Assembly: GCF_000284115.1 (NCBI RefSeq)
Contig: NC_017080.1
Coordinates: forward strand, 150,001-182,000
DNA from: Phycisphaera mikurensis NBRC 102666
Lineage (GTDB): Bacteria; Planctomycetota; Phycisphaerae; Phycisphaerales; Phycisphaeraceae
DNA: 32,000 nt
Direction: 5' to 3'
Positions 16,180-26,608 of this stretch are shown here, piece by piece (position 1 is the first letter of the stretch; each line of letters opens with the position of its first letter). A program made the translations under genes and the position numbers. Below the pieces are notes generated by a model. It ran no database searches. It had not been told where the DNA came from and worked only from the letters and a program-made list of their open reading frames with translations.

Positions 16180-17304
16180 TCACCGGTGGACCTCCAGCGT
16201 TGCGTGCAGGTTGCCCAGGGCGTGCAGCGTCTTGATGACGTTGGCCTGGTCCTCGAAGGGGACGTCCAGCGTGTTGAAGGCGTCGACGAGGTCCTGCAGG
16301 CGGGCGCCGTCGGCGCGCCGGCCGGGGTCCATCGCGATGAAGTTGTCCCGGTCGATCACCGGCTCCGCCAGCAGCGGATCCGGCGGCGGGACGAGCCTCG
16401 AGATCGTCATGCCCTTCACGGTGATCACCGTCGGCGTGAACTGCACGTCGTGATCGACGACGATCACGCGGGCCCGCTCGTTGATCATCACGCGGGCCCC
16501 GCTGGTCACCTGTGTCGGGTCGAGGTAGCTCTCCAGCACGCGGGCGATGAAGGCCGCCGGCCGCGCCGCCTCGCCCGGCGGGAGCGCCACGACGACCCGC
16601 TGCGGCGACACCGCACGGGCGATCTCCAGGTCCTGCCCGAGCGGGCCGAGGCCGTTGACCAGCGCCGCGACGTTCTTGGCCACCGGCCACGAGGCGTTGG
16701 CCTCGTGGAGCAGCAGCTCCATCGTGCCGTCCGCGGACAGCACCGCGGGCGTGAGGTCGCGGACGACGTGCAGGCCGTCCCCCACCCGGGCCGAAGCCGG
16801 CATCTCCGGGTCCTCCACGACGAGGCTGCCCGAGGCGAAGGCGAAGATGCCCCCGCCCGAGCCGCCGTCGCCCGCGACCGGGCCCTTCATCGGGGTCACG
16901 AGCAGGCGACCGCCCACCAGCGAGGTCGCGGTGCCGGCGACGTCGACGTAGCAGTCGAGCAGGTCGCCGCCGGCCGAGCCGGTCTCGGGCAGCCGCCCGT
17001 GCACGTGGACCAGCGCGATGGACTTGGTGCCGTCGAAGTCGTCGAGCACCGCCGTGTCGTCCGCGAGCTGGGCGACCATCTGCTTGAGCATCCGGTGGGC
17101 CGGACCGAGCTTCTTGTCGCCGGTCCCGTTCAAGCCGACGACGAGGCCCACGCCCAAGAGCGGCATCCCCTCGGCCCCGCGGAGCCGGGCGATGTCCTGC
17201 ACCTGCACCGCCGCGGCGGGCACGCCCGCCGCGACGGCGAGGAGGCCGAGCAGGACGAGGATCCAGGAGGACGTGCGGGAGGGTTCTGCGCGGGCGGTCG
17301 GCAT
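16180..17304 (-). CDS. flgI: Flagellar P-ring protein FlgI
   Basis: It reads IARLRGAEGMPLLGVGLVVGLNGTGDKK...SLVGGRLLVTPMKG..., typical FlgI. Internal ATG 17304 gives a signal-peptide-like N-terminus (MPTARAEPSRTSSWILVLLGLLAVAAGVPAAA). The track start at 17367 adds 21 non-signal residues. Confidence 0.9.
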   Translation of the reverse strand: MPTARAEPSRTSSWILVLLGLLAVAAGVPAAAVQVQDIARLRGAEGMPLLGVGLVVGLNGTGDKKLGPAHRMLKQMVAQLADDTAVLDDFDGTKSIALVHVHGRLPETGSAGGDLLDCYVDVAGTATSLVGGRLLVTPMKGPVAGDGGSGGGIFAFASGSLVVEDPEMPASARVGDGLHVVRDLTPAVLSADGTMELLLHEANASWPVAKNVAALVNGLGPLGQDLEIARAVSPQRVVVALPPGEAARPAAFIARVLESYLDPTQVTSGARVMINERARVIVVDHDVQFTPTVITVKGMTISRLVPPPDPLLAEPVIDRDNFIAMDPGRRADGARLQDLVDAFNTLDVPFEDQANVIKTLHALGNLHATLEVHR

Positions 17305-17551
17305 TTGTTGCGCTGCTTCGAGAAAGGGAGGCGTGAGGGCGGGCTCCGTCCCGCCGCGGGGAGCCACGACGCAACCGCTGTGCCACGCCGCAACGGAACC
17401 CGTCCGCGTGACGGGTGCTCGCCCGCACGACGGCCGACCTCAGCGGCGGCTCGCGCTACCGGTCGCGCCGCATCGCCCGCTTCCCGCATCCGCGACGCCC
17501 GGGAAGCCAGCACGCGCAGCGTGCCGGGCACGCCGCGCCGCGTCGCTTCGC

Positions 17552-18538
17552 TCACCCCCCCGCCGCCGGCTCCTGCTGCGAGAGGCAGTGCAAGGCGCCG
17601 AGCCCGACGACGAGCCACTCGGCGCGGACCGGGACGATCCGCAGCTCCGGGGCCGCGCGGTCCGCGGCGGCGAGCGCCGCGTCGTCGCTGGCGCAGCCGA
17701 AGACCGGCAGGAACAGCGAGCCGTTGGAGATCAGGAAGTTCGCGTGGCTGGCCGGCACCAGCTCGCCGGCGGCGGGGTCCTGGCCGAGGCGACCGGTGGC
17801 GGCGTCGTAGAAGAAACCCGGGTCGACCGAGGGCAGCGTGTGGACGTCGAAGCCGCCGTGGGCGCGGAGGGTCTCCAGGTTTTCGCTCAGGGCGTCGTGG
17901 TCGCGGTGCCCGGCCGGCGCCTCCAGCGCCAGCACCGCGTCCTCGGAAACGAACTGCGCGCAGTCGTCCACGTGGCCGTCGGTGTCGTCGCCGCGGATCC
18001 CCTCCCCGAGCCAGACGACGCCGGGGGCGCCGAAGCACTCGGCGAAGAGCCGCTCCACCGAGGCTCTCGTCTCCCCCGGGTTCCGCTCCGCGTCGAGCAG
18101 GCAGGCGGCCGTCGTGAGCACGCTGCCCCGGCCGTTGACGCTGAACGCGCCGCCCTCGAGGAACAGGCCGTGCCGCCAGCGCCGCAGCCCGGGGTGCTGC
18201 TTCTCCACGAAGTCGAGCACGCGGGCGGCCCCCGCGTCCATCCGCGCCCACGGCGGGTACTTCCCGCCCCAGCTGTTGAAGCGGAAGTCGTGGGCGCCGA
18301 GGCCCCCGCGGTCGTCGACGACGAACACCGGGCCCCAGTCGCGGATCCAGGCGTCTTCGGGCCGCGCCTCCGCGACGAGGTCCTGCACGACGGCGACCTC
18401 GACGACCTCGCGCATCGCGTCGACCCACGCCGCGTGCTGCGCCTGCGCCCTCTCCAGCGCCGCCGGCCCGGGCCACGTGTCCGGGTTGTCCGGCCGCGAC
18501 ACCCACACCCGCCGCTGCGGCTCGAACTCGCCGGGCAT
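17552..18538 (-). CDS. aguA: Agmatine deiminase
   Basis: These are the last 328 codons (from ATG 18538) of track ORF 17552..19756. They read MPGEFEPQRRVWVSRP...WIRDWGPVFV...FRFNSWGGKY...GDDTDGHVDD...GLGALHCLSQQEP, with the C-terminal catalytic Cys motif. The upstream part of the track ORF overlaps aguB out of frame. Confidence 0.9.
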   Translation of the reverse strand: MPGEFEPQRRVWVSRPDNPDTWPGPAALERAQAQHAAWVDAMREVVEVAVVQDLVAEARPEDAWIRDWGPVFVVDDRGGLGAHDFRFNSWGGKYPPWARMDAGAARVLDFVEKQHPGLRRWRHGLFLEGGAFSVNGRGSVLTTAACLLDAERNPGETRASVERLFAECFGAPGVVWLGEGIRGDDTDGHVDDCAQFVSEDAVLALEAPAGHRDHDALSENLETLRAHGGFDVHTLPSVDPGFFYDAATGRLGQDPAAGELVPASHANFLISNGSLFLPVFGCASDDAALAAADRAAPELRIVPVRAEWLVVGLGALHCLSQQEPAAGG

Positions 18539-18546
18539 GCGCCAGC

Positions 18547-19497
<951 letters not shown>

Positions 19498-19697
19498 GGA
19501 GGTTTCTAGCGGATGGCGCAGACGGAAGCCGCGGGCGTCCCGGCCGGGCCCAGGCACGCCGAGCGGCCGCACCGTCCGGCGGCAGCGATCCTCCCGGAGA
19601 GGCCGGCCTCTGGATCGGGGCGGCTTCCGGATCCGCGGATCGTTGCGCACTTCGCCGCCAAGAGCCGTCGGATCCGCGGGTCGGCGCACCCGAACGC

Positions 19698-21137
19698 TCA
19701 GTCCGGCCCGCGCCGGCGGGCCAGGGCCTCCGCTTCGGCCCGCGTGAGGGGCGCACGCTCCGGGCCGATCCGATGCTCCGGAGCCAGCGTGGACACCCGC
19801 GGGCGGTACTCGCCGGTCAGCCGGTCGGCGACGAGGCCCTCGGCGATGAGGTCGGCCTCGTCCCGCAGCCCCAGGTCCGGGACCGAGGCGGCGAAGCCGT
19901 CGAGCGCCCGCCGGTGCTCGGCCAGCGCAGCGGAATGCTCCGGATCGTCGGCCAGGTTCCGGAGGCAATCGGGATCGGCCCGGGCGTCGAACAGCTCCTC
20001 GGGTCGTTTGTTCACCGCCATGAAGAGCGCGGCGTCCCCGTGCAGCTCCCCCGCCGCGTGCAGGTCCCGCATCCGCTGGAGCGTCGGCTCGTGCTCCATG
20101 TACCCGTGGTGGCTCGCGTAGGGCAGCCCCGGGAATCCGTTGCGGATGTAGTGGTACCGCTTGGACCGCGCCACGCGGACGTGGTCGAAGTTCGCGTCCA
20201 TGCGGTCACGCCCGGCGAACACGAAGGCGCGGGGCTCCGCCCGCTCCTCGCCGAGGAAGACCCGCCCGTCGCCGCCCGGCGGGACCGGCACGCCCATCAG
20301 CGCGAGGATCGTCGGCGCGACGTCGACCCAGGCGACCAGGCGGTCGTCGACGGTCTCCGGCTCGATCACCCCCGGCCAGCGGACGATCAGCGGCAGGTGG
20401 ATCCCGGCGTCGTAGCACCAGCGTTTCTCGCGTGGCAGGCCGCGGCCGTGGTCGGTGAGGTAGATCACCAGCGTCTCGTCGGCGATGCCCGCGGCGTCGA
20501 GCGCGTCCAGCGCCCGGCCGATCTCCCGGTCCTGCATCAGCAGGTTGTCGTGGTAGCGGGCGACGTCGCGGCGGGTCTGGGGCGTGTCGGGCAGGTACGG
20601 CGGCACGGGGGCGGCGGCCGGGTCGTGGAGCTCGTCGGCGCCGAGGCTGGCGAGCGTGTCCGCGTAGGTCTTGCCTCCGTGGGGGTTCACGTCCCAGACG
20701 CGCGACTCGTGGGTCGCCGCGAAGTTGCGGTAGAAGAAGGCCGGCCCGGCGGGCGGGCTGCCCGCCAGCGTCTCCAGCCAGTCGTCGGTGGTGTCGGCGA
20801 AGCCGGCGGGCGGCTCGAAGTTGAAGTCGGTCTTCGTCGGCCAGGCGACGTGGATGCCGGCTTCGCGCAGCGCGTGCGTGAACAGCCGCGGCGGGTCGAG
20901 CAGTGTCGACCGCATGGCGTGCGTGCCGATCGCCCACGGGTAGCGGCCGGTGACCAGCCCGCTGCGTGAGGGCGCGCAGACCGGCGAGTGGGTGAAGGCT
21001 TGGGTGAACCGGCAGCCTCCCGAGGCGAGCCGGTCGAGGTTCGGCGTCGTCGCGTAGCCGTTGCCGTAGCAGCCGAGGTGGAGCCCGGTGTCTTCGCCGA
21101 CGAGCAGCATCACGTGCTTGGGGCAGGAGGTGGCCAT
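19698..21137 (-). CDS. Sulfatase (formylglycine-dependent arylsulfatase family)
   Basis: 479 aa from ATG 21137 (MATSCPKHVMLLVGEDTGLHLGCYGN...). The sulfatase signature is SPVCAPSRSGLVTGRY (CxPxR). No obvious signal peptide. The upstream 176 codons of the track ORF are Arg/Pro/Gly-rich shadow. Confidence 0.9.
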   Translation of the reverse strand: MATSCPKHVMLLVGEDTGLHLGCYGNGYATTPNLDRLASGGCRFTQAFTHSPVCAPSRSGLVTGRYPWAIGTHAMRSTLLDPPRLFTHALREAGIHVAWPTKTDFNFEPPAGFADTTDDWLETLAGSPPAGPAFFYRNFAATHESRVWDVNPHGGKTYADTLASLGADELHDPAAAPVPPYLPDTPQTRRDVARYHDNLLMQDREIGRALDALDAAGIADETLVIYLTDHGRGLPREKRWCYDAGIHLPLIVRWPGVIEPETVDDRLVAWVDVAPTILALMGVPVPPGGDGRVFLGEERAEPRAFVFAGRDRMDANFDHVRVARSKRYHYIRNGFPGLPYASHHGYMEHEPTLQRMRDLHAAGELHGDAALFMAVNKRPEELFDARADPDCLRNLADDPEHSAALAEHRRALDGFAASVPDLGLRDEADLIAEGLVADRLTGEYRPRVSTLAPEHRIGPERAPLTRAEAEALARRRGPD

Positions 21138-21609
21138 GAGAGCGGAGCCGCTCCGCCGGAGGCGGGGGGTGCGACGAACGTACCGGCTCCCTCCGCATCC
21201 CCAGCCCGGCCGGACCGAGGGCGGCGACGCCGCTTGCGGCGGCACCCGCGGACCGCGACTCCTGGCAGCCATCGGGGACGACGGTCCTCGGAATCGATCG
21301 CCCCCCCGGCGCTGCGTCTCGCCCGAACCGCCGCGGCGGCCTCGGGATCCCGGCGGACGGCTACCGCCTGGAACCGTCGGAGCCACCCGCAAAGAGCCCC
21401 TCGCCGGCCTCGCCCGCCTCGAAGCCCACGTGGTCGGCGCCGGCCTTGGTGAGGGCCGTGCGGAGGCCCGAGGTGCATCGCAGCAACCGCCGCACCTTCC
21501 GCGGGAGAGTTCCCGCCTCCGGGCAGGCGCGATGGAGCCATTGAACCCGAACGCAGATCGTCCACAGGTGTCTCGCCGAGCCGGGCCGCAGACCCGTAGA
21601 TTTGCCCGC

Positions 21610-24600
21610 GTGAGCGACGCCTTCTTCCAACGACCGATCCTCAACTCGCCGTACGAGCGACCCACGAAGCACTGGGAGCTGGCGGCCGACGGTCAACCGA
21701 CGCAAAAGGAACGAGACGGCCGCCGGGAGGTCCGCTTCGTCACGCCCATCCCGGCCCCCCGGAAGAAGAGCGGCCAGGAAGGCCTCGGCTTCAACGAAGC
21801 CGAGGAGCTCACCGACGGCGAGCAGCGGTACGAGAAGACCGCCGAGACGATCCGCACGGTCCGGCGCCGCGTGGACGCGTGGCGGAAGCTGCCCGAGACG
21901 CAGTGGAAAGTCACGCCCGAGACCGCCCGCCTGCTGCACCACTGGCGGCGGCCCCAGGAGCACTGGGACGGCCCCCGGCCCTTCTTCTGCCAGCGGGAAG
22001 CGGCCGAGGTCGCGATCTGGCTCACCGAGGTGGCTCCGCAGTCGGGCGTCGAGGCGAAGGCCCTGCTGGAGTTCCTGCACGACGCCAACGAGGGCGCGAA
22101 CCCCGGCCTGCCGCGCCTCGCCCTCAAGCTCGCCACCGGCGCCGGCAAGACCACCGTCATGGCGATGCTGATCGCGTGGCAGACCGTGAACGCCGCCCGT
22201 CGGCCCAGCTCCAAGAACTTCACGCGGGGCTTCCTGATCGTGACGCCGGGGCTGACCATCAAGGACCGCTTACGCGTCCTGCAGCCCAACGACCCGGACA
22301 ACTACTACGAGACCCGCGGGCTGGTCCCGCGCGACCTCCTGCCCGAGGTCCGCAAGGCCACCGTGGTCATCACCAACTACCACACCTTCCAGCTGCGCGA
22401 GACGATGGAGGTGAGCCGGGGCGGCCGGGCCCTCCTGCAGGGCCGCACCGGCGAGGAGATCTCCTCGAAGGAGACGCCCGGCCAGATGCTCCGCCGCGTG
22501 CTCGGTTCGCTGATGGGCCTGCGCGGGTTGGTCGTCATCAACGACGAGGCGCACCACTGCTACCGCGGCAAGCCCGAGGAACAGACCGAGGAGGGCAAGC
22601 TCACCGGCGACGAGCTGCAGGACGCCAAGAGCAACGACGAGGCCGCCCGCGTGTGGATCTCCGGGCTGGAGACCGTGCACGAGCACCTGAAGCTCGCGCG
22701 GATCTACGACCTCTCCGCCACGCCCTTCTTCCTGCGCGGCAGCGGCTACGCCGAGGGCACCCTGTTCCCATGGACGATGAGCGACTTCTCGCTGATGGAC
22801 GCCATCGAGTGCGGCATCGTGAAGCTGCCGCGGGTGCCCGTGGCCGACAACCTCGCCGGCGCTGAGCAGTCCGAGATGCCGAAGTTGCGGGAGTTGTGGA
22901 AGCACATCGGCAAAGCGATGCCCAAGGGCAACCGCAAGAACAGCAAGCTCGACCCCGAAGACCTCCCGCTGCTGCTGCAGACCGCGCTCCAAGCGCTCTA
23001 CGGCCACTACGAGAAGACCCACGCCAAGTGGGAGCAGGCCGCCAGGCGGCGCGGCAAGCGCAGGTGGATCCCCCCCTGCTTCATCGTCGTGTGCAACAAC
23101 ACCGCGACCAGCAAGCTGGTGCACGACTGGATCGCCGGCTGGACCGCCACCGACGAGGACGGCAACGAAGCCCCCCGCTTCGGCCGGCTGGAGCTGTTCC
23201 GCAACACGGACGGGTACGGCCAGCCCCTCGCCCGCCCGCGCACGCTGCTCATCGACTCCGCCCAGCTGGAGAGCGGCGAAGCCATCGACAAGGATTTCCG
23301 CGAGGCCGCGGCCGACGAGATCGATCGGTTCCGCCAGGCGGAGCTCGACCGCGGCCGGTCCGCCGCCGAGGTGGAGACCTTCTCCGACGCCGACCTGCTC
23401 CGCGAGGTGATGAACACCGTGGGCCAGGAGGGCGGGCTGGGCGAGCAGGTCCGCTGCGTGGTCTCGGTCGCGATGCTGACCGAGGGCTGGGACGCCAACA
23501 ACGTCACCCACGTGCTCGGCGTGCGGGCCTTCGGCACCCAGCTGCTCTGCGAGCAGGTGATGGGCCGGGCCCTGCGCCGCCAGAGCTACCAGCTCGGCGA
23601 CGACGGGCTCTTCGGCGTGGAGTACGCCGACGTGCTGGGCATCCCCTTCGACTTCACCGCCGAGCCGGTCGTCGCCCCGGTGCAGGACCTGCCGCAGCGG
23701 ACGCTGGTCCGGGCCGTCAAGCCCGAGCGTGATCCGCTCGCCATCCGCTTCCCCCACGTTCGCGGCTACCGCACCGACTTCCCCGACGAGACGCTCAAGG
23801 TCAGCTTCCGCCCCGAAGATTCGGTTCTCAAGCTCACCCCCGAGCTGGTCGGGCCGACCATCACGCAGAACGCCGGCATCATCGGCGAGGCCGCGCACCT
23901 GGACCTCTCCCACACCGCCGACACGCGGAAGGGCACCATCCTGATGCACCTCGCGAGCCACCTGGTGACCACGAAGCTCAAGGGCGAGGGAGGCCGGCCG
24001 AACTTCCACCTGCTGCCGCGGGCGAAGGCGATCTGCAGCGATTGGATGGACGGCTACCTGAAGTGCGTCGGTGGCACGCACCCGGCGCAGCTGCTCTACA
24101 AGCCGCTGGCGGAGGACGCCTGCCAGAAGATTTTCAACGCCATCACCCGCGGCGCCGGCGAGGCCCCCGTCCTCGCCGTGCTGGATCCCTACAACCCCGA
24201 GGGCTCGACCGCGTCGGTGCACTTCCAGACGTCGAAGCAGGATTTGTGGGACACCGCCGGCTTCGGCGGGGTCGAGGCGCCGGAGGAGTCACCCGAATCT
24301 CCCTCCCCCGCCTGCCGCAACCACGTCAGCCACGTCGTGCTCGACTCCGGCTGGGAGGCCGAGTTCTGCCGCGTCGCCGAGACCCACCCCCGCGTCCTCC
24401 GCTACGTGAAGAACCACGGCCTGGGGCTGGAGATCCCGTACCGGTTCCAGGGGCAACCCCGCCGCTACCGCCCCGACTTCGTCGTCGTCCTCAACGACGG
24501 GAATGGGGCCGAAGACCCCCTCCACTTGCTCGTCGAGGTCAAGGGCTACCGCACCGAGGACGCCAAGGAGAAGCGCCAGGCCGCCGAGACCTTCTGGGTC

Positions 24601-24768
24601 CCGGGCGTCAACCGCCTCGGCGGCTTCGGCCGCTGGGCCTTCGCCGAGTTCGGCAACGTCTTCGCCATGCAGGAGGACTTCGCCGCGGAGGTGGAGAAGA
24701 ACTTTGAAGCGATGGTGGAGGGGGCGTGCGGTCAACCCGCCCACCTAGGAGGCCCCGCCCATGCCTGA
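21610..24768 (+). CDS. res: Type III-like restriction enzyme Res subunit (SF2 helicase + C-terminal PD-(D/E)xK nuclease)
   Basis: Motif I is LKLATGAGKTTVMAM and motif II is VVINDEAHHCY. Later motifs are YDLSATPFF and MLTEGWDANNVTHVLGVRAFGTQLLCEQVMGRALRR. The C-terminal nuclease-like region reads VVLDSGWEAEF...RPDFVVVL...LLVEVKG. I place the start at GTG 21610 (VSDAFFQRPILNSPYERPTKHWEL), which matches the N-terminus I recall for this family. ATG 21532 is an alternative. The track start at 21088 overlaps the sulfatase start and is shadow-like. Confidence 0.85.
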   Translation: MSDAFFQRPILNSPYERPTKHWELAADGQPTQKERDGRREVRFVTPIPAPRKKSGQEGLGFNEAEELTDGEQRYEKTAETIRTVRRRVDAWRKLPETQWKVTPETARLLHHWRRPQEHWDGPRPFFCQREAAEVAIWLTEVAPQSGVEAKALLEFLHDANEGANPGLPRLALKLATGAGKTTVMAMLIAWQTVNAARRPSSKNFTRGFLIVTPGLTIKDRLRVLQPNDPDNYYETRGLVPRDLLPEVRKATVVITNYHTFQLRETMEVSRGGRALLQGRTGEEISSKETPGQMLRRVLGSLMGLRGLVVINDEAHHCYRGKPEEQTEEGKLTGDELQDAKSNDEAARVWISGLETVHEHLKLARIYDLSATPFFLRGSGYAEGTLFPWTMSDFSLMDAIECGIVKLPRVPVADNLAGAEQSEMPKLRELWKHIGKAMPKGNRKNSKLDPEDLPLLLQTALQALYGHYEKTHAKWEQAARRRGKRRWIPPCFIVVCNNTATSKLVHDWIAGWTATDEDGNEAPRFGRLELFRNTDGYGQPLARPRTLLIDSAQLESGEAIDKDFREAAADEIDRFRQAELDRGRSAAEVETFSDADLLREVMNTVGQEGGLGEQVRCVVSVAMLTEGWDANNVTHVLGVRAFGTQLLCEQVMGRALRRQSYQLGDDGLFGVEYADVLGIPFDFTAEPVVAPVQDLPQRTLVRAVKPERDPLAIRFPHVRGYRTDFPDETLKVSFRPEDSVLKLTPELVGPTITQNAGIIGEAAHLDLSHTADTRKGTILMHLASHLVTTKLKGEGGRPNFHLLPRAKAICSDWMDGYLKCVGGTHPAQLLYKPLAEDACQKIFNAITRGAGEAPVLAVLDPYNPEGSTASVHFQTSKQDLWDTAGFGGVEAPEESPESPSPACRNHVSHVVLDSGWEAEFCRVAETHPRVLRYVKNHGLGLEIPYRFQGQPRRYRPDFVVVLNDGNGAEDPLHLLVEVKGYRTEDAKEKRQAAETFWVPGVNRLGGFGRWAFAEFGNVFAMQEDFAAEVEKNFEAMVEGACGQPAHLGGPAHA

Positions 24769-26464
24769 ACATGAATCCGATCCCGTCGTGGTCGAACTTC
24801 TCGCTGCCGTCGAGCACGAAGATCTCGATTTCAAGAAGGCCGAGCGCAGCTTCTCGAAACAGGACCTGCAGGACTACGCCTCCGGGCTCTCCAACATGGA
24901 GGGCGGCCGGCTGATCCTCGGGATCACCGGGCGACGGCCACGGCGTGTCGCTGGCTCCAGCGCCTTCGAGCGGGACTTGGAGCAGCAAGCCCGCGACCTC
25001 GAGAACGCGATCCACGTCTCGATTCGACCCGAAGAGAGATGTCACTTCGGCAAGCGGGTCGTGATTTTCCACATCGCCAAACACCGACTCGGCGTTCCAA
25101 CCTCCAACGGTCGCGGCGGAGCGAAGATGCGTCGGAACGAGGAACTGATCGACCTCACCGAGGAGCGGCGACACGAGATCTGGAATGAGAACTCTGAAGA
25201 CTTCACGGCGCGAACCTGCGCCGGAGCCACGCTGGAGGACCTTGATCCCGAAAGCATCAAGGTCTTTCGTGAAAAGTGGATGGACCGGCTCTCGGGCTCC
25301 AGCCAAAAACGAGATCGCCGCGCGGCGGAGCGTCGAGCGGGTCTTTCAGCCGGCGACTTTCTCGCCGAAGTGGACCTGCTGAGGCCGGAGGGGCCGACCT
25401 ATGCGGCGATGATCCTCTTGGCCACGAGAGCTGCCTTGACCCGCCACCTTGGCAACGCCGAGATCATCTTCGAGTACCGCAGCGGCAGGGCCGCTGGTCC
25501 CGCTGCGGACCGGTTGAACCTGCGGGAGGGCCTGATCGGCTGTTTCGACGAACTCTGGGAGCGGATCAACCTGCGAAACGAACTACAGAGCGTCCAGGAA
25601 GGCCTCTTCCGCGAGCCCATTCCTACGTTTCAGGAAGAACCGATCCGCGAGGTCATGCTCAACGCCGTCGCCCATCGCGACTACACCCACCAAGGCAGCG
25701 TGATGATCAGGCAGTACCCGCGCGAACTGCGGTGTCAGAGCCCCGGCGGCCTTCCACGCGGCGTCACCCTCGCCAACATCTCGGACAGTTCCGTCCCACG
25801 GAACCGCCGGCTGATGGAGGCGCTCCAGGGCTGCGGACTCGTGGAGCGATCCGGCCAGGGCATCGACTTGATGTTCGCATCGTCGGTTCTGGACACCAAG
25901 CCGCTGCCCGATTTTGCCGGCACGGATGCGGACACCGTCGTGGTCACCCTCGGCGGCTCCATCACCTCGCCCGCGTCGATCCTGGCGCTACGCAAGATCG
26001 CCGAGGAACACGGGAGCAACCTCGGGACCGAGGACTTCCGCACGCTCCACCACATCGGCCGCCAAGAACCCGTGCCCGCCGACCTCCAGGTCAGCGCGAG
26101 GCACCTGTTGGACCTCGGGATCGTCGAGTCGCTCGGAGCGGGGAAAGGCCGGCGATTCATCCTCGGCCGGAACTACCGAAAGCTCACCGGCGACCTTGAG
26201 AAGTACACCCAGGAGCGAGGGCTGGACCGGGAGCAGAACGTCCAGCTCCTCTTAAAGCACCTACAGCACTGCGGGAGCGAAGGAGCACAGATCAGCGACC
26301 TTCAGAAGGTTATCCCGGCGCTGAGCCGCGGTCAGATCAAGGCAAGGCTGGCCACGCTCGCCGAGCGTCACCTGGCGCGGCTGGGAACCTCCGACGGGCG
26401 GCTCAGGCGTGGACACCACGCCCGCTGGTTCGTCGTGGAAGACGGTGTGGACGCGGATGATTGA
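24761..26464 (+). CDS. AlbA_2 (Schlafen-like) / HATPase_c_4 domain protein with C-terminal wHTH-like region (putative ATP-binding DNA-binding regulator)
   Basis: 567 aa. The N-terminus (EHEDLDFKKAERSFSKQDLQDYASGLSNMEGGRLILGI) is AlbA_2-like. The central region (MLNAVAHRDYTHQGSVMIRQYP...PRNRRLMEALQGCGLVERSGQGIDLMF) is HATPase_c_4-like. GGAGG at 24748-24752 lies 8 nt before the ATG. The ATG overlaps the res stop (ATGCCTGA). Confidence 0.8.
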   Translation: MPEHESDPVVVELLAAVEHEDLDFKKAERSFSKQDLQDYASGLSNMEGGRLILGITGRRPRRVAGSSAFERDLEQQARDLENAIHVSIRPEERCHFGKRVVIFHIAKHRLGVPTSNGRGGAKMRRNEELIDLTEERRHEIWNENSEDFTARTCAGATLEDLDPESIKVFREKWMDRLSGSSQKRDRRAAERRAGLSAGDFLAEVDLLRPEGPTYAAMILLATRAALTRHLGNAEIIFEYRSGRAAGPAADRLNLREGLIGCFDELWERINLRNELQSVQEGLFREPIPTFQEEPIREVMLNAVAHRDYTHQGSVMIRQYPRELRCQSPGGLPRGVTLANISDSSVPRNRRLMEALQGCGLVERSGQGIDLMFASSVLDTKPLPDFAGTDADTVVVTLGGSITSPASILALRKIAEEHGSNLGTEDFRTLHHIGRQEPVPADLQVSARHLLDLGIVESLGAGKGRRFILGRNYRKLTGDLEKYTQERGLDREQNVQLLLKHLQHCGSEGAQISDLQKVIPALSRGQIKARLATLAERHLARLGTSDGRLRRGHHARWFVVEDGVDADD

Positions 26465-26489
26465 ATGGAGTTTTTCTTCCCGCGACATG

Positions 26490-26596
26490 TCATTGAAGCG
26501 TCCTTCATTGACAGAAAAACCTCGCCAACAGCCTCCTGAGGGCGATTTCAATGGTGGATCCAACGACGCCACCACTCATTGACCCACCATTGACCC
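26490..26596 (+). promoter_or_regulatory. Array of CATTGA(C) repeats plus a 10-bp inverted repeat upstream of mod (candidate operator/promoter region)
   Basis: CATTGA occurs at 26491, 26506, 26577 and 26588. The last two are CATTGACCC copies 11 bp apart. TCAATGGTGG (26548-26557) is the exact reverse complement of CCACCATTGA (26584-26593). TTGACA is at 26508-26513. The spacer is locally AT-rich. Function is unproven. Confidence 0.5.
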
Positions 26597-26608
26597 CGGA
26601 CCCCGACC

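Noticed and set aside
17380-17393. Sigma-54-like elements (TGGCAC and TTGC) upstream of flgI
   Set aside because: On the transcribed minus strand the order is TTGC-N4-TGGCAC. This is reversed relative to the TGGCAC-N5-TTGC consensus, and the plus strand carries only the complement. It is not a valid -24/-12 promoter in either direction.
16151-17428. Upstream 426 codons of the 544-aa track ORF 15794..17428 (-)
   Set aside because: They overlap flgI in another frame and are Arg/Pro/Gly-rich. Only the last 118 codons, from ATG 16150, look like a real rod-binding protein.
21088-21609. N-terminal 174 codons of the track res ORF, and possible gene remnants in the 472-bp sulfatase-res spacer (for example the minus-strand frame ending ...TALTKAGADHVGFEAGEAGEGLFAGGSDGSRR at 21361)
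   Set aside because: The extension is Arg/Pro-rich and overlaps the sulfatase start. The minus-strand fragment has no recognisable motif or start and continues antisense into res. There is not enough evidence for a pseudogene or an island-junction scar.
26465-26539. 24-codon ORF (MEFFFPRHVIEASFIDRKTSPTAS) starting directly after the AlbA_2 gene stop (TGAATG)
   Set aside because: It is too short, has no SD and no recognisable family, and it coincides with the repeat array that better explains the sequence. It is kept only as a remote leader-peptide possibility.
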